From Eledone cirrhosa (Eukaryota): a stretch of 64,000 nucleotides of DNA. A program made the position numbers and the translations under genes. Positions 44,790 through 58,439 of the stretch are shown piece by piece. The notes under the pieces are model-generated. The model searched no databases, was not told the origin of the DNA, and saw only the letters and a program-made list of their open reading frames with translations. Position 1 is the first letter of the stretch. The number at the start of each line of letters is the position of its first letter. The DNA lies in the NCBI GenBank assembly GCA_964016885.1, contig OZ024761.1, forward strand, positions 8,556,001 through 8,620,000. The letters run 5' to 3'.

Positions 44790-45628
44790 TATGACCATGC
44801 TGTAAAATGGAGGGGTAGAGAGGGCCCTTGAGTCTAGTAAGACATCCTCTCTAGTGCTGGTGGCACAAATAAAAGCACCCAATCCATGCTGTAAAGTGGC
44901 GCTGGTGTTAGGAAGGGCATCCAACCAGTGTATCAATGCCAAAACTCTTATCAGCACAGCAACAAATATATATATAAATCTCTCTCTATATATATATACA
45001 ATGTTGTTTCAGTTCTCACACACCCATGCAAGTTTAGTTATGAGGTTTATTAGGTGTATATAACGATAGGGGTCCAAGTCCTTACAGTTTACATTCTGTA
45101 GGTTTAGCCAAACTTCTATGAATTTGCATCTCATAGGAGGTTTCTTGGGTGTTTTAATGAAAGGGTTCCCAGTCCTTAAAGCAACATGAAATGATATGTC
45201 TTGTCAAGTAAGCGAACCTACGACAAAAAAAAAAAGATTTTGATTTATAATCGATTTTTTAAAATTCATTATCAGTTTTGTCTATATATTTTTTTTTATT
45301 TGTTAAAACCATGAATGCTGCACGCACATACATACATATATACACTTCCATAAATGCACACATACTAACACACACATATATATAGAGATATTTCTGAAGC
45401 AAAAGAAAAAAAAAAAATTTTTTTTTTTTTAAACTAAACTTTTCCTTGTAAATCCGTAAATCGATATCGACAATAATATTCATAATTTGAAAGGAAGCCG
45501 TGATCAATGGTAGGGGATGGGTGTCAGGGAGGCAGCTAAATAATGCCTGGGAACAAAAATGAGATTACATATGCACATTTGTGCGTAAAGTATATGTATG
45601 TGTGTGTGTATATATATATATATATATG

Positions 45629-45706
45629 CAGGGTATACACAAAGTCACTAGACAATTTTATATATATATCTGTATAATATTGTCTTGTGACTTTCGGGAC
45701 ACCCTG
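45629..45706. mobile_element. Tiny Tc1/mariner-type MITE
   Basis: cagggtatacacaaagtcactagacaat ... attgtcttgtgactttcgggacaccctg inverted termini. Confidence 0.65.
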
Positions 45707-45825
45707 CAAATATATATTATGAGCATAGTTCAGTGGTGAGCACATGACAGTCAAATTGGCGATGGTCACCCCATTGCTTCTTAAAATGTATTGAGTACTT
45801 TATGTGTATGATATATATATATTTC

Positions 45826-45868
<43 letters not shown>

Positions 45869-45881
45869 ATATCTGTATATA

Positions 45882-45947
<66 letters not shown>

Positions 45948-46007
45948 AATATATATATATGTATGTATATGCATATGTATATATATGTATGAATGTGTGT
46001 GTGTATG

Positions 46008-46039
<32 letters not shown>

Positions 46040-46065
46040 CATAAATATATATCTGTTGTGTATGC

Positions 46066-46264
46066 TTATGAGTAGAAATCAAACACTTCAGACTTATACG
46101 ATGTAAAAATATCCTGTAGCTTGACTCGAACGTTGAAAATGGTAGATAGCAGAACTTTGGAGTTGTTCTTGGTGTTGGTGTTTTTGTTGCTGTTGTTGAT
46201 GTTGATGTTGCTGTTGTTGGTGCTACTATTGTTGATGTTACTGTTGTTGATGCCGCCGCAGCTG

Positions 46265-46296
<32 letters not shown>

Positions 46297-46990
46297 GGTG
46301 ATGTTGGCACTGCTGTTTGTATTGGTGGTCTCCAGTTGGGTCTCTGGCAATGCAAGGATTGGCGGCAGAGTCGGGTTCGAAGAAGCAAGGAGGGCAAGCC
46401 CGATGCTCTTTTTCTCCTCTTCCTCCTTCTTGTTGCTGTTACGGCGGCACCTGTTAATGCAGAATTTCAGGTGCTGTTCGAATGCAATGAGCTGGCCAGT
46501 TTTATAAGTACAGTAGGGGCAGCAGTACTTCAGGTAGTCCGTCCAGAGTGCAGACACAGCGATGGTCGCAGATGCAGCAGTCAGTGTCAAACTGGATGTG
46601 CACGATGGCCACTGCGCAGCAGTGGGAGTGTTGACAGCAGAAGCAAAAGCGAAAGCTGGTGTGGTAGTAGTATTAATGTTGACATCAGAAATAGTAGGTG
46701 CAGCAGCAGTAGTAGTAGTAGTGGTAGTGGTAATAGTAGGAATAGCATTATTAGGATTAACAACAACATCAGTAGCGTTATTATCAGTAATAATAGTAGT
46801 AATAGTAGTATTTGTTGTAATAGTATCAACGGTAGGTGAAGGAGAATCAACTGGAGATTTATACATTTGGCAGCGTTTGGTAGAAATAGCCTCAGGTATG
46901 TCTATCAGGGATTCATGACAAACAACAATAATGTTGATATCCTGTTTGTGTGTTCTTCGGTGAGTTTTGATATGATTCTCCATTGATTTT
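46066..46990 (-). CDS. Terminal coding exon of a large C2H2 zinc-finger protein
   Basis: Acceptor attttttcag at 47000-46991. The phase-2 join gives YQCSICSFKTYPR|[10 protein letters not shown], a complete finger. Also contains the C2HC finger [21 protein letters not shown]; stop at 46066. Confidence 0.9.
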
Positions 46991-47128
46991 CTGAAAAAAT
47001 TAAAAAAAATTTTTTTAAATGATTAATAAATAATTAAAAAAAGATCGAAAAGCTTTTTTTGATATTTTTTTGTCGTGACTTATGTTCCTCCAAAGGGTCT
47101 TTGAAGTAACGTTACTCAATACAGTGTG

Positions 47129-47820
47129 TAGCTCAGAGATGAGAGAGTCACTCCAGGTAGAGCTGCTACTTCTCCGAATTGAGAGATCACAGCTTTGATA
47201 CTATGGACATGTGGTTAGAATGTCTCAGTAAAGAATCACTGGACAGATTTGTAGCTCGGAGATCAGAGAGTCACTTCAGGTAGAGCTGCTACTTCTCCAA
47301 ATTGAGAGATCACAGCTCTGATATTATGGACATGTGGTTAGAATGTCTCAGGAAAGAATCACTGGACAGATTTGTAGCTTGAAGATCAGAGAATCACTCC
47401 AGGTAGAGCTGCTACTTCTCCAAATTGAGAGATCACAGCTCTGATACTATGGACATGTGGTTAGAATGTCTCAGGAAAGAATCACTGGACAGATTTGTAG
47501 CTTGAAGATCAGAGAATCACTCCAGGTAGAGCTGCTACTTCTCCAAATTGAGAGATCACAGCTCTGATACTATGGACATGTGGTTAGAATGTCTCAGGAA
47601 AGAATCGTTGGACAGATTTTACGGGCAAAACCAATGGGTAGGAGACCCAGAGCAAGATGGTCGGTTAACATCCATGAGCTTGGTTGGTCACGCTTGGGGG
47701 ATCTGTCCGGATCAGCTGGAGACGGTTGCTTCTGACAGGACCTGCTGGAAGGAGTGTCTGAGGACTCTGCCCCCCACGACCCTCTCAGGAATAAGTGGGC
47801 GAAGAAGAAGAAGAAAGAAG
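47129..47820 (+). mobile_element. Intronic RTE (Expander/Rex3-like) 3' fragment with a 4 x ~123-bp tandem amplification and (GAA)n tail
   Basis: Units start at ~47128, 47251, 47374 and 47497 and translate to ...YYGHVVRMSQER...; the sequence continues to ASDRTCWK. Confidence 0.8.
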
Positions 47821-47891
47821 TCTTAGATATGGCTCGGCCATATCATACCAAGTAAATTAAACTTAACTACAATATTTGTAATCTTAACATC

Positions 47892-48106
47892 TTAAATGTT
47901 AGCATTTAAACCGGCTGAATCTGGTCAGAATTCTCTCACCTCTTTCTGCTCAAATCGGCTGTAACTGGCCGCTCATACTGATGTTAAGGTATTGTTCTCA
48001 AAATAAATAACAACAAAATCTCATAGATTCGATATTATGTGAGGTAAAGCCTTCACCATGAAAATACAAAAGTAAATATAGAATAATGTAAATGTTAAAG
48101 GGTCAA
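47892..48106. mobile_element. piggyBac-type MITE, intronic
   Basis: Homologous to 36746-36952. Confidence 0.8.
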
Positions 48107-48238
48107 ATGAAGATATATATTACATCAAAGTGAGACTAACGATTTTAAGAGGGAGAAGGAGAAGAAAGTAGAAGATGAAGACGAAGAAGAAGAAGAAGAC
48201 GAAAATGAAAAAGAAGACAAAGGTAGTTTTGGCATTAC

Positions 48239-51200
48239 CTTGGGTAGGTCTTGAATGAACAGATGGAACATTGGTAAACTTGGCGGTAGTGTTTGGTAAC
48301 ATGTTCGAAAAACAGCTTCTGACTCAACAGCTGCAGAGAACATATGGTGCACGTGTAGAGCATGACGTGGTTCTTGGTGCAGGACGACTTCGCATACAGA
48401 CTCCTATAATCTGTGGTCACATGAATGTCAGAAGATTTAGGCCTAGGAGCCACAGTAGGGGTATGGAAGATGTGCTGAGAGTTATTATATACATCTGGGG
48501 GTAATGCTGGTTGTGGTGGTGGTGGTGGTGGTGGGTGTTCGTTTTTTATAATTACATTGCCCATGTCTGGTTTCATTGAATTACTGTTAGTATTATTATT
48601 AGTATTGTTATTGTTGTTGTTGTTGTTAGGGAGGCAGTTGTAAAGGTCATCGGGAGGTCGTTGTTGCTGGTGGTGGGAGAGGTGCTGGTTATCGGCTGTT
48701 GACATGCAGCAGCTGTTGTTGTGCAGTGTCTGTGCATGCTTCAACATCTCACCCTCAAACCAACTGAAGTAAGGGCATTCCAAGCATCTATGCACCTCTA
48801 GCTCCAGGTGGTGCATCCTAATATGATCAGCGACCTTGCGATGACTTCTTGACCTCAGCTGACAAAAAGGACATTTGAAAAGTCCAGAACCATCCGACTG
48901 ATACGATATCATCCGCATCACTGACAGCTGTTGCTGGTCAGTGAGGCAGTTTGAGATTTTCATTTGGTCGTCATCGTAACTCCAGCTGAATATGCAGTCA
49001 ACATCTTCTTCATCCTCATCATCACCATTGTCGTCTTCTGTAAAACCTTCGGCAAGCAACACAGAGATGTCTGTGATATAGTAACCCATCTCCTCTTTGT
49101 CATTGGCCACCGTTTCGTAGTAATTCCCAGACTTTCGCAATGTAGACGGAGACTTGTTTTCGGTCAGCCCAAATGCCGCGGCAGCTGCCGTCCATTTATT
49201 CACATTTAATCTCAGTTTATTTGAACCTGTCCTCTTCTTCCTTGACTGCTTTCTCACTTTGTAAGGGTCTCTCTTTGGTTTCGGGGTTTCAGCTTTCCGT
49301 TTTGCATTCATAGTACCCCGAGGCTGAGCAGCAATAGGTACAATGATCTCTGGACGTCTGGTTTTCTGTCGGAAAATTTGGAAATTCTGGCAAGGTAGCT
49401 CCGAGGGATTTGCAGACTTTTTTGGGTGCATCTGCAGAATGTGTTGCCGTGCTTCTTCTGCAGTGGCCATGCTGGTAATGCAGAAATTGCAGAGGTAGGT
49501 ACCATCATAAGTTTTGAATATATATCGGTTGTAAATATCCATATCAACTTTCTGTAATTCCGGCAATATCTCCATTGATCTGTTCCTTGAATGAAAGTCC
49601 GAGGTGCCTGACTCCACCTCATCACCCAACTTCTCACTCATATAAACTTCTCTGTTGTAGATAGTTCTCGGATAGGTATCGCGATTTGGTGAGTTTTCCA
49701 ATGAGTTTTTTTCACTAAAGTTACCTTCATTTGAATTCTGTTTGAGTCGTTTTTTGGGGACACGGTTTTGAGTAGGGCCACCACTACGCTTAGCTGGGAG
49801 CAAATAAGAATCATAATCCTGCTCTTTGTCATAACCTTCCTGAAAACCATCAGGACTCATTTCATGATATTTTCGTGACATTGAATCCTCAGTGCCATCT
49901 TTTGGACTAAAGTTAGATTGTTCGCTGAATTTTTTTGACTGCCCTTTAGCCTTACGAATTTTGGCCGGTTGGTGTAGGTGCTTTGTAAGAAGCTGTGATC
50001 TTTTGGAATTCTTACGGCAGGACGACCCAGAGCCATCCTCTTTGGATTTCAACAAAATGCCAACGTTGGTTAATTCATCCGAGTGCTCCTGCCACATGTG
50101 TTTTTTTACTTCGTCAGCGGACATGTTCACTGAATTGCAGAACACACAGCGATACAAAGTACGCGGAGTAGATGCATCCACCACAGTGGCAGTGGAGTTT
50201 TGTTTTGACTTGCCAGAAGTCTTAGTGGTACCAGTGGTAGAGCTGCCTTCTAGCTTGTCACCGGAATTGTTGGCCGACAATAAACTGGATGGAGGAGAAA
50301 TTACATTCATCAGTGGAGATTGTAGACTGCCCTCCACACTCTTACCAAATGCACTGTGAATGTAAGAGATGTGCCTCAACACATTGGTCTGGTATATACT
50401 ACAGTAAGAACATACCGTACACTTAAAGAGATTTCCTGGCAGCTTTTCAATTTCAACAATCTTTGACTTGCTTGGATTTTTAAAATCTTCATCATCTTTC
50501 AATTTTGGTGACAAAGGCGGTGTTTTCCCCACTTCAACAGCAGAAGACTTGTAAATGGTATCAATGAGATTGGCATCAGTGGTGGGAGATGCAGGCTTTT
50601 TCGATGATTTTATTTCTGAAGCATTATTATTATTATTATTAGCCTTGTTGGTTTTGTTGGAAAGACATATGTTTATCTTTTTTTCCCAGTCTGGGATTCC
50701 GAGCCACTTTGCATATGGCTCGCAGCTAGCATGGTGACGTATGCAATGCCTTAGTATTTTACACTGCTGCAAATGTCGGTAGAAACAGTAGCCGCAGCGC
50801 CAGAAATGTATATTGAGGTGACCAGAAAGCAGATGCCGGTGCATGTAAGATGGAAAGTCAGATGAATAATCACAAAGGCTGCATTCCTGGAGCATACCCC
50901 TGACAGTGTAGAGTGAGGAGAGTTTAGAAGTCAGGAGGGGACCACCTAACTTGCAATATTCTTCTTTATCAATGGCACTTTCTGATGTTTTATTTGAGAT
51001 ATCTGCCTCAGATTGGACATGATCTGGAAGCGGGTTCAAGGATGTTTCTTCCTTGTTATTAGATTTGGAAACTTCATTCAAAGGGCAGACTTCAGAATTT
51101 TCTGTTGTTTTCTCAGGCGTCTCAGTGGTCAAATGTCTCGACTGATCCTTGTTTGTGGCTGCTTGTAATTCACTTTTGGAATGGACTGCCGATGCTGCTG

Positions 51201-53941
51201 AATCAGAGTCTAAAGTTTGAGGTAAGTCTTCAGTAGCTGCAGAAGGGTTGGTGATGTTGCTACCGGAGGGTGTTTCTGAATGTTTGTCATACTTGGGTTT
51301 GTGAAATTCATATTTCCGCCTTGTATTTATGCAGACGACCATGTCCTCATGCCTTTTGATGTGTCCGTAGAAACCCATCACACTCTGTGACTGGTACGAA
51401 CACCGAGGGCACTGGATGTATTCGGTGAAATGGTCCCCTACACCAAACTTTATAATTTCCATTTCTTGTACCTTGTTAGGTGTTTCAATTTTTTGTTCCT
51501 CTTTCTTTGTTTTTTCAAGTTCTTTAGGATCTGTACCTGACGGCGGCATATTGTCTGTTGGAGAAGGCTTTTCCTCAATAACTTCGGAATCATTACTTTC
51601 AATGGGCATGTCCTTCTGTACAAGGAGTTCATTGGTTGCCTGTTGTGATCGACCCCAGCTGCTACAGCGTTCCGAAGACGCCTTTTTCACAGCTTCACTG
51701 TCCAGCTTCTCAATCGGCTCAATGGTCTGGATAAGTTTCTTGTTGTTATCCTGCTGTACACGGAACTTTCTGGATATAATCTCAGGGGGCTCGTCTATGA
51801 GCAGGATACCGGACTTGCGTCCAAAATGTGTACGTTCAATGTGCTGCCGAACAACGAGCTGCGAGGACGACTTCATGTGACACGAAAGACACTGGTGCAA
51901 CGAGATTGCCTTGTTGTAATCATCCCGATGGCTACGAAATATGTGAATCTTCATTGAATTTATCTTTTCAAAGCTTTCGGAACAGTATGGACACATGAAC
52001 TTGTATTTATCGTCGACAATGTTATAAACAGAAGGACGAATAATACTTCGGTTCTTTTTACCTCTCACACTCAGAATTTTCTTCTCTACCACAATCTTCT
52101 TAGCTGTTGCTGTTGTTGTTGATGTTGATGATGGTAGTTGTGGTGGCAATGGTGGTAATGGTGATGATTCCAGAGTGCTCAATGGTATGTGTTTTCCATA
52201 GGGTTGTTTCGGAACGGTTTTCAACACGTCCTTTACATGACAATGATTCAAAAAGCCCTTCTTGCTGCTTGTTGCAAACGTGCACTCTTTACATTCAAAT
52301 TTCACCTCTTTCGGGTCGACCATGGTTTTCAGTGGGAAACAGACTTTCATGTGAGCTAGAAAGGCCTGTGCTGTGGTTGTACTAAAAACACAGTCTGGAC
52401 AGTTATACCAACGGCTTGAACTGCTATAACTCAAACTGCCCAACGAATTACACGATTCACTGTTGTTGTTGATGATGTTTTCAACAAAGTCCTCAGCATT
52501 ACAATTGTGGCTGCTTCTGTTGTTGCCGTGGGCTATGTTATCAATGGGAATGCCATTATTGGTATGCCTCTCAACAGTAATACTGTTATTTCTAGCTATG
52601 TCTTTTATATTCTCAATGCTACTACTACTAAGAGTTTCAACATCAATATCCTCTTCCTCAATGTTTTTATTCATATTATTACTACTACTACTACTACTAC
52701 TACTGGTGTTAGTCATGGAGGTGGCTTTTTTCTTTTTCTTCTTCTTTTTATGTTTAATAGTAATAGCAGGAAAATTAATATTGTTGTTATCATCATTATC
52801 ATTATGATGGTTACTATTATTGTTAGTTTCACCATTATTCAAAATGAATTTCTTCTTATTCAGTAAACTCACAAATGTCGCCTGGTTTTGTTCTTTCACC
52901 TCGGACGACAATGATACTGTTGATGGTGATAGTGATGATGACACAGAGGCTTCTACCTTGCCTCGACAAAGAAACATGCTACCTGCGATCACCCTCTGGG
53001 ACTCACCCGGATGCTCTGTGGAAATGTGTTGAAGGATTTCGGTTTTGCTCTTCTCTTTCAAATGGCAATGGGGGCACTTGACCCACGGGACAACAAAGTT
53101 ATCTTTGATGTGATCAAGGAAAGCTCCGAGGGAGTTCAGACACGCCTGGCACCAACGGCATTGGTATGACGACAGGTTGGCGTGATGTTCAGAGTAGTGC
53201 GTCCGGAACTCTCGGATCATGTTGGTGCCGAAATCACAATTCAATACGGAGCACTGGTGCAAGTAAACCTTCGAGCGAGGTGCAGTCGTGTGCGACTGGA
53301 CGTGCTGCTCGTAAGACAGCTGATCTGTGAGAACTGTACTGCATTGTAGACAAGAATAGAGAACATCCTCGTTTTCTTGCTTGATCACGGAAAGATCGGG
53401 AACATTCTCCTCATCCATCTCCTCCTCCTCCTCCAATAGATTTCTGGTAGGGGCTGGTTCAAGGCTGCTGCTGTCTTCGGCAGGATTAGAGGAATCGTTC
53501 TCTAAATGCCCAATGCTGTATTTAGGGTCCATGTCCAACCTAGACCATGTGGAATAATCAGCATCGGCAGTGCCATAGTCCTCGTTAACCTTAATCTTTA
53601 TGAAATCTTCGTAAGTGCCCCCGCCACCATCACCGTCGCCTTCTTTGTCCAACTGTTTAGTGTTATTGTCGTCTTCGTCTTCGTCATCGTTCCACATGTC
53701 GGCACTGAGGGAAAAAGCTGAGGTTATTGTCAAACCAGGTAAAACTTCCGAACTCTCCAAATCTAATCCTTCTGCTTCCAGTTCTCTTTCCGATTCCATT
53801 TTGCTTTCCTTTTCTGAGCGTGCCGGAGACACTGGTGCCACTGTGCCTTCTCCAAAGACACCGGTTGCTGAGACAACATCAACATCATCATTGGTCTTTG
53901 AAGTAATAGAAGAAGAAGAAGGCGGAGAAGAGGAAGAAGAA

Positions 53942-53994
<53 letters not shown>

Positions 53995-54725
53995 CGACGC
54001 AAAGTTGGAAATGGTTCGGATTCCTGCAAGTTTTACAGAGGCCAGTGGTTCCTGGAAATATTTTGGCGACGATGGAGTTGTGACAACATCGATCTCGGAT
54101 TCTTCACTGTCGCCCTCGCACTCACCTTCCTCTCCGACATCCACATCTTCATCATTATCATCATCATCTTTATCATCAGTAGCAGCGGCAGTCGTGGCTA
54201 GGGAGAATTGACTACCATTATCGTGATTCTCAAGCATCTCGCTGTCTCTGTGATTGCCGCCACCGTCATCAATGCCACCGATTCTCAATTCCTCGTCAAT
54301 GAGGGATTCCTGCAAACTGCCGCTATCCTTTCCAATGGGGCCGGCAGCTGCTACTGTGCTGCCACGAGCTGCCTCAGCGATCCTCCCACCGGAGATATGG
54401 AAGGTCTTATAATGCCTCATGTCAACCACATCGTCCATCGTTACAACATCGACTGGTGAAGACATGTCCTTTCTTCTACTACTACTACTACTACAACTAC
54501 CACCACCACCACCACCACTACTACTATTACTCCTTGCCAATGTCAGTCTCTCAGTTGAGTAGTGATCCGATAAGTGACCACCACCACTACTACTACTACT
54601 ACCACCACAACTGCTATGTATCTTAATCGGGTCCTTTTCATCCAGTAGTTCATACAAAGGCATAAAACCCTGCTGCCTGTATTTCTCAATAGATTTTTTT
54701 TTCAACATTACGTCATCCGTAACAT
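48239..54725 (-). CDS. ~6.5-kb coding exon of a multi-C2H2 zinc-finger protein (~18 dispersed fingers, low-complexity linkers)
   Basis: 2157-aa ORF with repeated CxxC-x12-H-x3-5-H motifs. The apparent stop lies inside the donor AG|GTAATG at 48238. Likely acceptor ttttttctgtcaagtctaag at 54726, or start at ATG 54708. Confidence 0.93.
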
Positions 54726-55351
54726 CTTAGACTTGACAGAAAAAATATGTCACCAAAGAGATTATTAATATCATTATTATTGTTATTATTAAAGCACCAG
54801 TAATGCACTGGGGTAATTGCTGGCTTTGTGCCAAATGTAGAAACAATTATTATTATTATTACTGGTAGTGTGCATTCATTTTTCCATGACTAGACAGAGC
54901 AGTGATGAATACATAGTTTCTAAGTTGCATGAGCCAGTATTTGTTGGGTCCTCCGCTAGTTCTGACAATAGGTATTCCAATTGTTTTAGCAATGGGACAG
55001 CTTGCTCATGAAATCAACGTGCCAAGTGGCTGAGTATTCCACAGACACCACACGTGTATCTTTAACATATTTCTCAAGGAGATGATTCAGTGCAACAAGG
55101 GGGGATAGGATAGCCTTTCCAATTACAGGTTCAACTCATAATTTTTTTTCTTTCTTTCAGTTGTAAATGTGAAATAATGTGTCTTGCTCAAAGACACAAT
55201 ATGCTGCCACAAACAGACAAATAGACAGACAGACAGACTCAGCTTACTAGTCCAGGAGAACAGGAATCACTGTAGTAACAGTGTAAAAAATAAAGAGAAG
55301 TGTGATATGACATGGTTCTGTTTTGAAGGTTTGGTGGGAGAGACGCAAGAG

Positions 55352-55684
55352 CCATTCTAGTGGTTATACTTAAAATATGATATTTGGGGGTTTATTGGGG
55401 AAAACCGAAGGACCATTCTAGTGGTTATATTTAAAATATGATATTTGGGGGTTTATTGGGGAAAACCGAAGGACCATTCTAGTTGTTATATTTAAAATAT
55501 GATATTTGGGGGTTTATTGGGGAAAACCGAAGGACCATTCTAGTGGTTATACTTAAAATATGATATTTGGGGGTTTATTGGGGAAAATAGAAGGACCATT
55601 CTAGTGGTTATACTTAAAATAAGATATTTGGGGGTTTATTGGGGAAAACCGAAGGACTATTCTAGTGGTTATACTTAAAATATG
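55352..55684. repeat. 61-bp tandem repeat, ~5.5 copies
   Basis: CCATTCTAG recurs at 55352, 55413, 55474, 55535 and 55596, with a variant at 55657. Confidence 0.93.
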
Positions 55685-56602
55685 TATTTGTTAATCTAGT
55701 TTATAATAATAATTTAGCACACCCTCAATTTTTTTCAAAGAGTTTGGTAATATTTAAGAATTTTGTTGTCAACATTGTATACTCTTTTGTTTTATTTTGG
55801 GAAAATGTAGCTGGGGTGGGGTGGGAAGACTTCTGGTGGTTGGTTATGCTCAAAATATTTAATACATGACAATAGTTAATTTATTTCATAATTTAGCACT
55901 TCCTACAAAAAATGTTTAATTATCTGGTAATATTAAAAAATGTTGTCAACATTTTGTGAATATTTTTGGTTTACAGTTTTTTTGTTTGTTTTGGATTCTT
56001 GTGTTAAACGTGATTGTTAGAGTAAATATAATCAATAATTTTTATAAATCTATTTCCTGATCATATATATTACAAAACTAGATCAATTATAGATTTTCAT
56101 TTGTTGATTAATTATGCTAAGACTTAGGGAGCTTTTTGTAAATTATAGCTTTAAACAAAGAATTTTAAAATAGGGGGTGGGGGTCATAAAATCACAGATA
56201 TTTTTTGGGTGGGTGGGGAGGAGACTAGATCAGCCTAAATAAGTTTTTAAAATGTTGAATTCTTGTTTTTAACCTTTTGTTGCAACTTCTCTTTCTACCA
56301 TTATAATTCGACTTTTACCCCTTTTTTTTTCTTCACTTGTTTCAACAAAACTGAATCATTTTTTGAGGATTTACAGACAAATTTCTAATGTTCAGAACAG
56401 TTCTTTCCTTCCTCATTTGTAGTCCATCTTTCTTTCCTTCCTTTCATCCTTATTTCTTTAGTAAACTGTTGTTGTTCTCATGAAGTATATCTCCTGTCAA
56501 ATATAAAAAAGGAAATAAAAAGAAACATTTTTTTTTTAATTATGGATGTGTGCATGTATGTGTATATGTGTATATATGTGTGTAGATATATATATGTTTG
56601 TG

Positions 56603-56640
<38 letters not shown>

Positions 56641-56645
<5 letters not shown>

Positions 56646-56990
56646 TCCTCCTGCATTCGCGGGGGTCACTTTCCTAGAGCACCTGCAAAGAGTGAAAACC
56701 CGCAAATATTGGACGAGGTTCATAAAAATACCTATAAACATCAAAATATAATTTTAAAAAAGAGGGCGCTGCGCGTCTTATGCGAAGGGGCATCCAACAG
56801 GGCAGCAAATACAGTATATTGTTATTAATAATTTAGCGTTAAAAATATATATTGCCACGAAAAAGGCCATAATAAAAATTGCAGAAGATATTTACGATTC
56901 CACAAATATGCGGTGGTTTCCATGAACAACTATAAGTTAGGTTCTATGGAAAATTCCATGAATAACCGGGACCGGGACTGCCGGGGGGTG
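56641..56990. mobile_element. Possible Tigger/pogo-type MITE
   Basis: Left end tagtgtcctcctgcattcgcgggggtcactttcctagag resembles Tigger termini; right end is decayed; sits in a microsatellite. Confidence 0.45.
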
Positions 56991-57040
56991 TGTGTGTGTA
57001 TGCGTGCATGTATGTATATATATATATATATATATATATA

Positions 57041-57320
57041 GTTATACTTGGGGAGGGTCATACTTGTGCAATATTGCCAGAATTAATAACAGAACACACT
57101 CACTGTTTGGTTGGTTTTCGCTTCTCGCTTCTGTGTCTTTTATATCGGTAATCTAAGTTAGATTACCGATATAAAAGACACAGAAGCGAGAAGCGAAAAC
57201 CAACCAAACAGTGAGTGTGTTCCGTTATTAATTCTGGCAATATTACACAAATATGACCCTCCCCAAGTATAACAATATTTGTTTCGACACACGATTTCAT
57301 ATAAAAAAACCTCGCAAAAC
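57041..57320. mobile_element. Fold-back element: 116-bp arms with a 1-nt loop plus ~47-bp unpaired tail, in (TA)n
   Basis: 57041-57156 versus 57158-57273, three mismatches. Confidence 0.9.
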
Positions 57321-57741
57321 TATATATATATATATAAGCAAAGGGATATATATAATATTATAACTCATGATTTAGCTAAATATTTTTTTAATTCTGGAAT
57401 CATATTCCACCATTCCAACAAACTTTTAATTCTTAACATTTCTATCTTTTTAAATTCACGTACATTGTAGTAATATAAATACAAGCTTTTCTTTCTTTCT
57501 CCTTCTTCTTTCTATATATACATATATATATCCTAATAATTATTTAAATCTACCTAGTGTCTAGAAATAACGTTTTTTTCAGCCCTAGCCTCAACCTCAT
57601 TTGCATATTCATCAAAATAATTTGAAATATTTGTTTTTTCCTCTCTTCCCCTTTGTCCCTTTTTCCTTTTACTAACCAGGTTAAACTTGAACCGTGAAGG
57701 TCTCATTCCTGGATATGTCAATATTTATAAAACAAACTTTG

Positions 57742-57802
57742 TATTTTATCTGACGAGGGCGTACTAAAGTTTTGGTACCCTTGAAATATATATAATAGAA
57801 TA
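57742..57802 (+). ncRNA. Minimal type I hammerhead ribozyme motif
   Basis: Stem I tattttat/atagaata; CTGACGA; stem II gggcgtactaaa/tttggtaccctt; GAAA; stem III ATATATAT; ATA triplet; AATAAA follows. Confidence 0.75.
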
Positions 57803-57845
57803 AATATGATTTTATAAATATAGTCTCCATTTATTAATATCATTG

Positions 57846-57876
<31 letters not shown>

Positions 57877-58038
57877 GTCTGCAGTACTGTGACTGGAAAG
57901 ACCACAAATCAAAGAAGTACTTGATACATGGTAGGATGCAGAATGGGTATATTAGTGAAAGTACAGGATCTAGTGCGAGTTACCTAACTAGCTGAAACCA
58001 CCAAGCTCATGGTAGATCCTCTACTTTCACTAATGTAC
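57877..58038 (-). mobile_element. Diverged fold-back element with tail motif
   Basis: Arms 57947-57972 / 58013-58038; tail carries GTACTTGATAC (57917-57927). Confidence 0.65.
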
Positions 58039-58091
58039 ACACACACACACACACATATATAGTGGGTGTCAAAACAATTGTCATATGTGAA

Positions 58092-58421
58092 TCATCATCA
58101 TCATTTTACGTCCACTTTTTCCCCGCTTGCAAGGGTGGGACGGGAACTGATTCTGGCTCGATTTCTACAGCTGGATGCCCTTCCTAACACCAACCTCATT
58201 TACAGTGAGTGCTGGGTGCTTTTTTGCCGCGGCACCTCCACGACCACTTTGCAGTGGAATGATAGGGACCCCAGTCCTTATCATCTCATTTCTACAGCTG
58301 AGTAAACTGGAGCAATGTGAAATAAAGTGTCTTGCTCAAGGACACAATACATCACCCGGTCTGAGAATTGAACTCACAACCTTTCGATTGCAAGCTCTAA
58401 CCACTAAGCCATGTGCCTCCA
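58092..58421 (-). mobile_element. tRNA-derived CORE/Meta-like SINE, family c-type tail
   Basis: Matches the reverse complement of 22287-22610. Confidence 0.9.
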
Positions 58422-58439
58422 TAAAGTTTATAATATAAA

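Noticed and set aside
46121-54459. Plus-strand and alternative-frame ORFs over the zinc-finger gene
   Set aside because: Antisense shadows of low-complexity coding sequence.
55242-55280. Possible 22-nt upstream micro-exon of the zinc-finger gene (minus strand AG...GTAAG)
   Set aside because: Joining it in the required phase introduces a stop. It could be untranslated, but this is unsupported without RNA data.
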